Source of the DNA: Intoshia linei
Taxonomy: Eukaryota > Animalia > Orthonectida
Assembly: GCA_001642005.1 (NCBI GenBank)
Contig: LWCA01000310.1
Span: 1 to 33,087 of the forward strand
Direction of reading: 5' to 3'
Length of the DNA: 33,087 nucleotides
Under the pieces are notes generated by a model. That model had not been told where the DNA came from. It worked only from the letters and a program-made list of their open reading frames with translations, and made no database searches. The position numbers and the translations under genes are program-made. This document shows, piece by piece, positions 22,295 through 33,087 of this stretch (within the stretch, counting starts at the first letter, position 1; every line of letters begins with the position of its first letter).

Positions 22295-22560
22295 TTCTCA
22301 TAAGATTTGATAAAATTGTGGTTTTAAAAAAAATATTGAAAAAAGGGGGTTTTCCCCTTAAGGTTTGGTATAATTGTATTTTTTATTTTAGGGTTTGATT
22401 AATCAATTTTATCATATGGTTTGGTAAAAATGTATTTTTTATTTTGGCGTTTAATTAAGTTGATTTTTATCATATGATTTGGTTAAATCGGATTTCTTAA
22501 AAATATATTGATAAAATCGATTTTTCCCGGAAAGTTTGAAATGGTATTTTTTATTAAATT
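22295..22560 (-). repeat. Degenerate short-period repeat related (inverted) to the 28349-28650 array
   Basis: The recurrent tttggtaaaa/tttgataaaatt...ttttt units reverse-complement to aaaatacaattttatcaaac and ccttttt..aatatttttttaaaa, as seen at 28440-28610. Confidence 0.55.
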
Positions 22561-22724
22561 TTATTAATGGTGTGATGGAAGTGGGGTTTTTGAAATGATA
22601 ATGTATCGGCGTCTAGGCTTTGGCATAAATTCCCAACATCTGGTAATTCTGTAATACATACGCATGTACAATTTACCGTTAGCGATCGTGAAAGCTAACA
22701 ACTGTTTATACACAGTACTTAGTA

Positions 22725-22812
22725 CCGTATTTTTCGGAGTATAAGGCGCACCTTTTTACATGAAAAATTAGGAATGAGCCTTATACGCCAGTGCGCCTTA
22801 TATTTGAAAAAT
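22725..22812 (+). mobile_element. Solo end of a pogo/Tigger-like DNA transposon
   Basis: TA|CCGTATTTTTCGGAGTATAAGGCGCACC with the inverted subterminal motifs gccttatacgcc and gtgcgccttata. No partner end was seen. Confidence 0.55.
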
Positions 22813-23391
22813 CGCCTCATTGAAGAATGTAAATTTATGATATGAAATCAAGACATAAAACATTCAAGATAATGGATATCCATTTCTTATTTACTTGATC
22901 CAAGTTAGCACACATTTATAATTTCATAACGCAGTGTATCTAAATTAGCTGTAGGTGTAATCTAAAAAATTAATCCACAAACTTGACACATTTTATCAAC
23001 ATTTTAATTTTAAATTTTAAATTTTTATTTATAGAAATTAAAATTTAATCTAATGTACTTGTATAATTTAATGTGTAAGCCGTGTGAACTCTAAAATGAA
23101 AAAGTAAACAAAAAGCGTGATGAAATTGAATAATTTAATTAGTGTTATTTTACATCTCTACAGCAAAGCGACTCGAAAGTCTTGAGATAAAATGTGTAAT
23201 ATTATGGCAATACATGTAGTAGAGTTAAAATTTAAAAATGTGTGAAATAAAATGTATGCAAACTATTGGTAGTAAAGTGCAAATTATTATAAAAGTAAAG
23301 TAAAATGATTATTATAAAAATGATAAAAATGATGTTCACTATTTGACCCATTTTCCTAATTTATTACTTAAATTTTTCTAATCTGGAGCAA

Positions 23392-26300
23392 ATGTACATT
23401 AGAAATTATCGAACTATTGATCAAATTGATATACATGGACAAGATTTTAGTAGAAACAAATTAAACATTAAAAGACGCAATTTTATAGAATGCAACACAT
23501 TGAATAAAAATTACAAATTTCAAAAATTTGGAAAGATGAACTGCGGTTCAACGTACATAAATTCAAATTGTGCTTATAGTTGTATAAATTCGACGAAATT
23601 GGGTAAAAAAGGTGACAAAAAAGATAAACACCGCCACAATATATTGGATTTCAGTGGAGATTTGTGTGATATAAAACAATTAGCGAGTAATGGTTTAATT
23701 GAAACGATTAGAGATGGCATATTAGAAGAAAGTAAAATGGGAAAATATAGTGAAGATTTTGGTCTATGGCAAAATAATTATTTTGATATATTATGGTTGG
23801 AATTACAGGCATATCGATGTGGTAATTCTATTAAATTTCAAGATAATTTGATTTGCAATAATCGAGAAAACGTTGATACCGTTTTAGAGTCTATATTAAA
23901 ATTTAGAGTCACCGATAAGACATGTAACGTATCAGGTGAAACGGTAGGTAGATTCTTAGTAACTAGAACCTCGTCCGACAAAATATTCTCTAAAAAGGAA
24001 AATTTGGTACTTTATTCAATCCGAAACGTTTCGTCGTTTCATTACATTGTCAAAGAAAATGGAATCGTTCAAACTAAAGTAACTCAACAAATGAATTTAT
24101 TGGATAAAGTTTTTTCCTTATATCAAAGCAAAAGGCACGTGTCCAATAATCACAAATTAATGACGACGGAAGGGTTTAATTTAAAAATATTAGCAATGAC
24201 AGTCTGGTCGAATACTATTAGTGAAATGTGTAACGTGATTGATAAATTGGGTTCAATTTTATTGAACCCCAAAGAAAAAAATTGGTGGCCGTTCAAAGTG
24301 AATTTACAAAAAATGCCTAAAAATCCTCAAATATCGAATAGTTTGAAAATGTATCAATATGTCGCTGAAATGAAAATGAGAAAAGAAGGAGTAATGAATT
24401 TGTTAAACTTTGTTTGTACCACCATTAAACATTGTGTTTGTCGGACGCGATTAATCTTGGAAAAAAAAGGCAGCTTGTTAGACCATGAATGTGATTTTAA
24501 AAGTTTAAACACTCTTGATTATTGCCGAAATCAATTTGAAACTGAATCAAAAAACTTGGATTCCAACTCTGATTCTACTCGAAGGTTTATGTGGCCAGAA
24601 GAGTTTTTGAAAATTGGCTTACCATCTCTCAAACCCATGTATTTGTTTCTCGTTCGTATTCCAGTTGACGTGATACATGAATGTATCATTGTTACAATCG
24701 ATCAACATTTCACTCCTTCAGCTCCCAAACCATCCTTCCCAAGTCTAAAACAATTGTTGCACGAATATCGGCAATTATTGTATTCTGCTGTAAAGGCCAA
24801 AAAGTTTTATATTAAGGTTGTCTGTTCTTTAGGTTTTCAAGAGTTTTTAGATGGAGAACTGAGTCTTTTTGATAATGATGTAAAAAGATTAATAGATATT
24901 TATTTTGTCCAATTGCAAGATTGGATTTTAATGGCGCAAGACATTCAGACGGCGTCAAAGATGAAAAAAATTGAAGAAACGTTTATGAGTGAATGGGAAT
25001 TTATGAAAAATGTGTGTATCAATATCAAAGATACGGAATCGTTTGCAGCAATCAAGTTTTGCAACATTGTACGAGAAATCATTGACCGTACTACCGAAAC
25101 TGTTGAAAAGGAATGGATTTCCTGTAAAAATGAAATTACTAATCAATTTATGGCAATTTCACCCCACGTATCATCTGGAAAGTATATTTCCTGTTTCGCT
25201 TATCGTATGCAGCTTAAAAAAATTTCATCCACTTCATTACGATCTATCAGAGATAACACCACCAAATTCCAAAAACGTGTCATGCGATGTCTCAATTACT
25301 CCAAAGTCATCAAAAGCGACCTCGAAAACGTTTGCGTATACAAATTAAACTGCAAGAAAACGGAATTACTAGAAAAATTGAGTAAAGCAAACTACTATAC
25401 CCTTTATACTAAAATTAAAAACGTGTATATTTTCATATCTAACCATTCATCGTATTTTAGCACAAAAAAACAAATACTGTTTACTAATATTACAAAAAAT
25501 GATGCTTTATCAGAATTACAAAATAATTTCATAAAAGGTCACTTGGTTATGGTCGCATCTGACCAGACCATCAAATGTAATCGTACCATTGCTAATACTC
25601 CATCTATTTTAAATTTTGAAAACATATCCAACATTGACATCCCTATTAGTGATGGAGTCGTACTTGCTACCCTAGGCAAAAATTTGGCCGAGGAAACAAA
25701 AGAATTTGAAGAATTACTGGGCAGCTACATAAAACCATTTGTCCCTAAAGCTTGCTACAGTCGGTCCATCCGCATTAGTTTGACCCGGCTTTGTGAGTCG
25801 GTCAATTGTTTAAGGATATTTAGCAAAAAAGTTTTAAAAGACTCTGAAAAACAATTAAAATACATAAACTCTCTATCTGAGCATTTTGACAATCGTGTCA
25901 TTAAAGAATGTACATCCATTTCTGAATGCAAATCTCACAAATCCGAGTTTTCAGAATGCTCAATCACACAAAATCATAATGTTATCAAATACGCCATTCA
26001 AGAATCGTGTAACGACAAAAAAGAAACAATTTTAACTGTTTTTAACATGCTATTCGATATGTACAATGCAATTTCTGAATTATATTATAATAAATTACCT
26101 GCAAATCAATCCAAACATTTTATAGAATTGGCTACTGATTGGATTTCGTTTGTTTCTGAATTTTGTATTGGACATGGTTTAAAATCAAGGTATTGTAGCC
26201 AGGGTGTAGATTTTTTGCTGAAAATTTGTGAATATGACACTATTAAACACATTCCTGAACCCAGGTTTTCCAATTTTACTGCAATGGTTTATCATTGCAT

Positions 26301-29300
26301 TTCCTTGTTGAAAAGGAAAGAAATACACAGTGAATTTAATAATGAAAAATTGCATAGAAATTGCGTTGGATCCAATAAAAAATTTATTGAAAATTCGAAA
26401 CAAAATATAAAAATTAAATTTTCAGTTGTTTATCCGCAGCAGAATCAAATTATCAAAGGACTAATTTCTCCTGATATGAATTTATCTACTAAACTCACTT
26501 CAGATCAGATTTTTAATATTAGGAGAAATTCAATCATGTTGAAGATTAGAGATATTGAAATTCAGAGATGCAATTATTTAAAAAAAAATAAAATTATTGG
26601 CAAAATTACTAAAGTTGTTAGGTCAAGTTATCAGGATATTAGTACGAGGAGAGTCACGTTTAAATGGGGAAGAGGCAGGAAAATTGGTTATTTTTTTATA
26701 TCATTTAGAATTCATCGTTTAGGGCATGGCTTTTTAACCTTTTTTTCACTTTGGCACGCCAAAAATTCAATAAAATACCATTTTTACTGTGATAACGAAA
26801 AATTTTGTATACATTGTATTTCCGTCATCTAAAATTAAATGATGTCTGTATTCTATATTTCTGTCATTTTATAATTTTTATAATTTTAATCTTTTAAAAA
26901 AGAGGTAATCTGGGGTTTTTATTGTCAAAATATAGTTTTTTGGTTACGCGTTATGATAATGCTTATGAATCATAAGTTATGATTTTAAAAACTGTCATAG
27001 AATGTATGTTTAATTAAGTTCTAAAAATTTTTTTTTGTTTAAAAAAGGGTAATTTTGAGAATTTTCACTATGAAGGTTTAAGTTTCTGAGGTTGCTATTG
27101 ACGATAATGTTAATGGATTTTAAATGATTTTCATCATGTATATTTTTCTATTTTTTAGGGCTGATTTTATTTTTAAAAAAAAGGAGAAATTGGGTTTTGA
27201 CCATGAAAGACCCTATTTTGGGAAATGAAATTAATGATAATGCATCACGCTTGAAAAATTGTATTCGAAGATGGGTTTTTTGAATTTGAGCACTATTAAT
27301 TTTTTAAATAAACGGTAACAGACAATAAATAATAGATATTCAATTTTATATCAGTATACAATTTAACTTTATTTTCGAAATTCGAAACCTCATTAAATTT
27401 AGAAAAATTTAGATGTAAAATGATATTTATAATAAAAAAATTCGGTCATACCCACCCACAAAACTGGGTTAAGAACCCATGGTTTAGAGAATGCTTATTT
27501 GATTTTAAAGTATTAAATAGACTCTATTTAATAGAGTCTAGTGCATCGTTTTCTAACAAGTGGGTTGCGAAACATTTTGGGTTGTATCTATGCGAAAAAA
27601 GTTTTTACATTTAATGTTTTTATGAAAAATTTTTAAAAAATAATGGTTTGTTTGAAGAAGTAGTTAAAAATCACTGTTACTTCCTTAAAATTGACGGCAC
27701 AGTAGGGTGTCCACTTTTGATGTTTTTTATATTAGACATTATATTTAGACAACCCATTTTACACGTGGATAACTATTTGGATTTTAAGCATTTATACCAA
27801 AAAAATAAAATCGGTTAATATTTAATTTACCAAATGTAATTATGGAAATTCATACAAAAATGTTAAGATAAATATAAAATATAATTTTTTAATTTGAGAA
27901 CCTTTGCCCTAATGTATGTTAATTAGTTTAAAAATTTTTGCATTTTTGATGCTACTTGTACTTGTCATCATGAGTTAATTAATTTACTTAAATTCAGCTG
28001 CGAGCAGAGTCGAACCTACCCAGCTCGTAGTCATCAAAAATGACAAATAGGCCGCTATAAATTTTTTTCACAAACTATGTAGTGTCATATAGTTCCTAAC
28101 GGACCTTTCTAAGTCTCTTGGCTTGATATTTTAAAGTTAACACACAAAATTGTTATGATATTCAATAATATAATTTTTTAATGCTCAACTTGGAAAAATG
28201 ACATTACCCACCAAGAGGGTCTAGACCAGTGCTTCTCATGGGGGTGAATATTTTTATGAGGGGGTGAATACTAAAATTTTAGATGATTGGGGTGAATCAT
28301 AAATTTTTAACATATTTTATTTAATTTAGTCAGATATGTAAAAAAACCAAAATTTTACCAAACTTTTAGATAAAAAATCCCTCTATCAGATCCCAAAAGA
28401 AAAAACCCAATTTCACCAACCCTCAAAGAAATNGTAAAAATCCCTTTTTACCAATATCTTTTTTTAAAAATCAAATTTTACCAAACTTTTAGATAAAAAA
28501 TCCCTCTATCAGATCCCAAAAGAAAAAACCCAATTTCACCAACCCTCAAAGAAATAATTTCCTTTTATTAATATTTTTTTAAAAAATACAATTTTATCAA
28601 ACTTTTAGATACAAAATCCCTTTATCACATCCCAAAAGAAAAAACCAAATTTAGATGTTTTGTGTACAAAATTGACTTAACCCTTTTCATACATTTAGTT
28701 TAACCAAATTTCAAAATCAAATTTTTTTTATTTTGTAATGATAGTAGTATCTACAACATAGATTTAATATAGATTTATTGAATACAAAAGTTGATTATTT
28801 TTAATTGAATTAAACTGAGGAAAATGATATGAAAATTAATTTTTTTAATTGATTATATCAAAAATTAAATTAAATTAAATATTTTTCCAAAATTTTAGTA
28901 ATTTACGAAATCGATTAAAAGTATTATTTATCAATAATAGGCTAATTTTTGTTCAAATTTGATCAAATTTTTTTTTATTGTTTGCATAAATATAATTTCA
29001 TCAATTTAAATTGTTTTATGTGTATTCACAAAATTTTTGCGGGCCGCGTTAGAAATAAGTTTGCCGAACGCTGGTCTAGACAGATACGGTAAGTTCAGCA
29101 CTGTCTGTGAGTCGCGATTCGTCAAGTTATGAGTTGGGAACTAGTCATCTAATGTCAAGTTTGACGTGATAAGTTTAAACATAATGATGCTTAGGGGTAT
29201 GTGTTGTTACGGTTATTGTCGTTTCGTTTAGTTAGTTTAAATATCACTATAAATATTGAAACTACAAGTGATTACTTGATTTAGGACAAGGTAGATTTGG

Positions 29301-31021
29301 ACATGTTTATTCTGTTGTAAATTTTGACAGTGGAGATTTGTTGGCAATGAAGGAGGTACATATTTGATTGATCAATATAATTTAATTTTATATCATAAAA
29401 TGAATCTTAAAGTTATAAAATTGCAGATAAAGTACCAACCGATAGATTACTGTATTGCCAAAGATATTGCTGACGAATTAAAATTATTTGAAGGAATATC
29501 TCATCCAAATCTTGTAAAATATCATGGAATAAGTGTTTACACCGTATAATTTCATATAAATTTTAAAAACAGTAAAATTTTAGAACGAATTGTGCATTTT
29601 TATGGAATTTTGTGCATATGGTACTTTAGCTTTTGCATCGAAGCAAGGGTTGAATATGAAAATGATTCGAAAATATCTATATGACATTCTACTGGGAACG
29701 GCCTATCTCCACGACAATTCCATTATACATAGGGATATTAAAGGTGATATTTATTATAAACTGTATGTAATTATTAATTAGGAGCAAATATATTTTTATC
29801 ATCCGATGAACACGTCAAGATGGGAGATTTTGGTTGCTCTGTCAAGTTGACGAGTACTGTAGTACAAAATGTGGTTGGCACAGTCTGTAATATCAACAAC
29901 TACTTAATTCTAATTTTTAAACAATTACAGATGAGTGGTTCAAATTATTACTAGCCTAATTAAATAATTCAAAAGTACAATAGTGTATTGACAAATTTAG
30001 TTATGGAATTTTGTATTCATTTTTTGAATTATCTTTAAATCATATATTATAAAATAGAAATATTAGGCCCTGATGAGCATAGGTTCTAGTTCCATTTTCA
30101 CCACTTTACGCATTTTCATCTAGTAGTGCTACTCAACCGGTGTTCCTGAGAAAATTTTATTCATGATTATATACTTATACTAAAATTTCCATGGATATGT
30201 TATATAGGTGTTCTGCGAGATTAAAAAGGGTGAAGAGCACTAAGCTAGCATTGTTCCACCTCGATTAGAATATAATTAAAGGCTTGTACAATATATATTA
30301 TATAAGCCCTGCAGCAGGTACGGACGGCAAAAAATTTTTAATATTAATGAAAAATTTTCAATTTTTTGATGTAGTGTTTGTATATGGCACTGATTGTACA
30401 ATGTCTATCACAATGTATTTCATGCATATCAATAAGTTTGCCCACCACTGATGTATGTGTAGTCAAGCATTACGAAATGATTAATATATCAGAAAATTAG
30501 GGTGGATACTGATCATGATTTACAGATCGTAACCAAACCCAAAAATATAATGGCGGGTTAGCGCGAGAATTGTCGGCCGTACAGGGCTTGAGTACAACAT
30601 AATAATATATTTGTAACGTCTCAAATTCAACATTACATTAATATTATTATTCTTAATATGATAAATTAATTTTTTAGCTTTCATGGCACCAGAAATGATA
30701 ACCCAACAATGCAGCAATGAAAAATGTGTTGATATTTGGAGTATTGGTTGTGTTGTTATTCAAATGCTGACAGGCGAGGTTATTTAATTTCTTTTAGAAA
30801 TGATGAATGTGTTAATTCCATCTTAGAGACCATGGATCGAAATGGATAATGATTTTATGATAATGTTTCATGTTGGAATGGGTGCTAGTCCAAAAATTCC
30901 AGATTATGTGTCTCACGAAACTGCACACTTTCTAAAACAGTGTTTTATTCGTGATACTAAACTACGATGCACCGCCCACCAATTACTTGGACATGGATTT
31001 GTAAAAATATGTAAAAAATGA
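23392..31021 (+). CDS. MAP3K4: Mitogen-activated protein kinase kinase kinase 4 (MEKK4/MTK1-like), 7 exons, about 1347 aa
   Basis: Exons are 23392-26686, 29285-29355, 29427-29543, 29584-29743, 29782-29886, 30678-30778 and 30827-31021 (4044 nt, in phase). N-terminal DILWLELQAY and IGLPSLKPMYLFLVRIPVDVIHEC are MEKK4-type motifs. Kinase motifs: KWGRGRKIGQGRFGHVY, LAMKE, DELKLFEGISHPNLVKYHG, HRDIKGANIF, GDFGCSVKL, FMAPE, DIWSIGC, RPW and IMFHVGMG. Confidence 0.93.
26890..27345 (-). repeat. Inverted copy of the R2 repeat block in MAP3K4 intron 1
   Basis: tttttaaataaacggtaacagac (27301-27323) is the reverse complement of ~17036-17058. gggttttgaccatgaa and gtttctgaggtt are reverse complements of motifs at 17270-17300. 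Confidence 0.65.
28227..29073. mobile_element. hAT (Charlie-like) non-autonomous element with poorly matching ends, 847 bp
   Basis: CAG...CTG ends are flanked by an identical 8-bp GTCTAGAC at 28219-28226 and 29074-29081. The TIRs are only weakly similar (CAGTGCTTCTCA vs CAGCGTTCGGCA). Confidence 0.6.
28349..28652 (+). repeat. Tandem repeat, ~120 bp unit, about 2.5 copies
   Basis: aaattttaccaaacttttagataaaaaatccctctatcagatcccaaaagaaaaaacc starts at about 28349, 28473 and 28589. An N lies at 28433. Confidence 0.85.
30124..30242. mobile_element. Tiny hAT-like MITE in MAP3K4 intron 5
   Basis: TAGTGCTACTCAACC resembles the right-end reverse complement TAGTGCTCTTCACCC. The TSD is not clean. Confidence 0.45.
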
Positions 31022-31772
31022 ATAAAGTAATACCATGTCGATTGTAATCAAAATGTCTTTTGATCTTGTCGGAAAATTTAATTTTAATTAAATTAAGTTT
31101 TAATGATTAAGACTTAAAGTATCTAAATATAATATTGTTTTTACCATTTGAAATATTGCGGTAAAATATGCGTTTTAAGGGAAAGCGGTAATAAAAACAT
31201 TAACGAAGTATAATTAAAAAGTAAGACTTTGTTTTGTTGTAATACTAATTTTTCCATTTTTCGTCGACAAGGTCGGTTCTAAGCCTTAGATCAGATCAAA
31301 CAAACTTTCAATCAATTAAACATCAATTCAGCCGCAAAGATACTTTACTCATTGATACTACGATCACATAAAAAATTTAATTTGGCCTTGAGAAAGTGGG
31401 CAGTCAAAAATGTAACATTTTGATAAAAATATTTCCCTTGAATTTGTAGTAAAATAATATATTGCATTATGATTACATGGATTGCGCATGGCCGTATGCG
31501 GCAGTAATGCCGCATGTTGTGCACCACTGCCCTAGACGTCCCTAGATGGTTGCAAAATCTATTACAGCATGGTTATTTATCTTCATCACACTGATTATCG
31601 GGGGTGATACAATTAAATTATCATACAAGTTTTGTAAAATAGTTATATGTTGACAATTTGATTTGTACATTCAGATTAATTTAGTAATTAACAATTAATT
31701 AGTAAGTATATTTTAAAATGAGTTTGTTTATTTCTAACTTATCATTTCATTTCCATAGAATTGTTAATATCA

Positions 31773-32432
31773 ATGTCGAAAATATTAAAAATACCAAAAT
31801 ATATTTTCAAAAATCCAAAAAAAAGTTCGTTTTTTTCTGCAGTGTCTATTGGATTAGGATATTATATTAATGAAAAAACCAAGTAAAAATTACATTTACA
31901 AAAATCTTAAAACCAATCTAAACTAATTAAATAACCATAGATGGAAAAATTACAAAAGAGACAGCCTTCTTCAACTTAGAGTAATTAATTATAAATAATC
32001 TTTGCTATAAAATCAAAATATTCGACTTATAAAAAATAAATTTAGAAATTCAGTTTACAAACACAAGATCCAAAAACCCCTTGCTTTAAGATACTAGTTC
32101 TTCTGAATAAATCCGTTTTAGATGGGTAATTATTTGTCTTTTCTTTTTCATTTATTTTATTCTGTCCAATAATATTTATACATTCCGTTTTGACTGAATC
32201 AATTTCCTTTATTTATTATTTATTTAATTTTAGAAAATCAAGATACATTTATGCTGAAGAATTTGAAAGTCTTTTAAAAATATCTGGAAATATGGTAGAT
32301 ATTGAATATTACAAAGAAAAATCTGAATTGAACAACCTATTACATAAATACAAAGGATTTGTTGATTTGTTTGCTGTGATTGATGATGATGATGGAATTA
32401 TAGAAACTAAAAAAACTTTAGATCAAATTGTG
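31773..32432 (+). CDS. AGK: Acylglycerol kinase-like mitochondrial protein, 5' portion (continues beyond the last exon seen)
   Basis: Exons are 31773-31882, 31941-31980, 32046-32125 and 32234-32432, all GT-AG and in phase. The translation MSKILKIPKYIFKNPKKSSFFSAVSIGLGYYINEKTKWKNYKRDSLLQLRKFSLQTQDPKTPCFKILVLLNKSVLDGKSRYIYAEEFESLLKISGNMVDIEY... is collinear with the AGK N-terminus as I recall it (NHWKKT + TM helix, KATVFLN, GKARTLFEKNAAPILHLSGMDVTI). Confidence 0.65.
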
Positions 32433-32880
32433 GTACGATATTGTACAATTTACATACTTTCTTTACACAAATAATATTTGTAATTTAATTTCATATTGAC
32501 AGTCCCATCGAATCCCATCTTTAGTTCATTGAATCTTTGCATTTTTAGGTTCTTACACTTTGTAACTATTTTTTCATGGTACATTCATATTGGAAATCAG
32601 CCAAAAACTTTGACACTTGATTTTACATTTCATATCCACATCTAACATTGTTCTTGTATCCTTATTTTGGAGAATTATTAAGCAAAAAATAATATCGTTC
32701 GTAAAATAGATAAAATCATATATGGTAATTGCACATTGATTAAGAATCGCTGATTGGTGTAGTAGAATAAAAATACTTTGTTTGAAATTTATTACACAAT
32801 TTTAAATAAAACTGAAACCTTAAACTAGGATATAAATATTTATATTATAATGGATCATTATAATTAACATTACCATAAAC

Positions 32881-32910
32881 CAGGGATGGGCATCTGCGGT
32901 CTCTTAGAAA
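32881..32910 (+). mobile_element. Possible left end of a hAT-like element, cut by the window edge
   Basis: CAGGGATGGGCA resembles hAT termini. No partner end is visible in the window. Confidence 0.3.
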
Positions 32911-33087
32911 AATTTTGAAAAAAAGTGAAAATTTTAATTGACAGTTCAAAAAACGATATATTGCCTTGAGAAGTAGTTTATCTTATAATAAATACATCTT
33001 GGTTTGAAATCTGACTTGTTTTCTCAATATTCATGTCATATATAAGATTCATCAATTTTTTCACTTTTAAAGAAATAAAAATTTTTA

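Noticed and set aside
26687-26832. C-terminal part of the 1146-aa ORF as a true protein end
   Set aside because: This is read-through into the intron; the donor at 26687 joins in phase to the kinase Gly-rich loop at 29285.
28349-28556. Two near-identical ~83-bp copies as a very recent duplication
   Set aside because: An N at 28433 lies between them, so a scaffolding or overlap artefact cannot be excluded.
30305-31537. Additional hAT-like ends (~30450 aagtttgcccaccactg, ~30499 tagggtggata, ~31529 caccactg|ccctagac)
   Set aside because: Partner TIRs or TSDs could not be paired confidently, so boundaries are unsupported.

Overview
Very AT-rich eukaryotic (animal) genomic DNA, not prokaryotic. 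The genes have many GT-AG introns, mostly 32-70 nt, plus a few 0.7-3.9 kb introns filled with repeats and transposon remnants. This architecture suggests a compact-genome invertebrate such as an orthonectid (inference only). Manual splicing reconstructs five complete genes: RPS9 (-), phosphorylase kinase gamma (-, 14 exons), TACO1 (+), an NR1J/HR96-type nuclear receptor (-) and MAP3K4/MEKK4 (+). The 5' part of an acylglycerol kinase (AGK)-like gene (+) runs off the right edge, and a possible unknown gene (-) runs off the left edge. Mobile DNA includes a decayed full-length Tc1 element, several hAT, piggyBac and Tc1/pogo-type non-autonomous elements with visible TIRs and TSDs, a nested insertion, a dispersed repeat family and two tandem arrays. 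The most notable oddities are an AGK with a degenerate ATP-binding motif, a nuclear receptor with a 10-residue D-box, a 3.3 kb intron-free MAP3K4 exon, a tandem GTGT splice donor in RPS9, and a ~90-bp intronic array carrying splice-donor and Sm-site-like motifs. I found no convincing new multi-gene system. All exon coordinates are hand-derived without transcript data.
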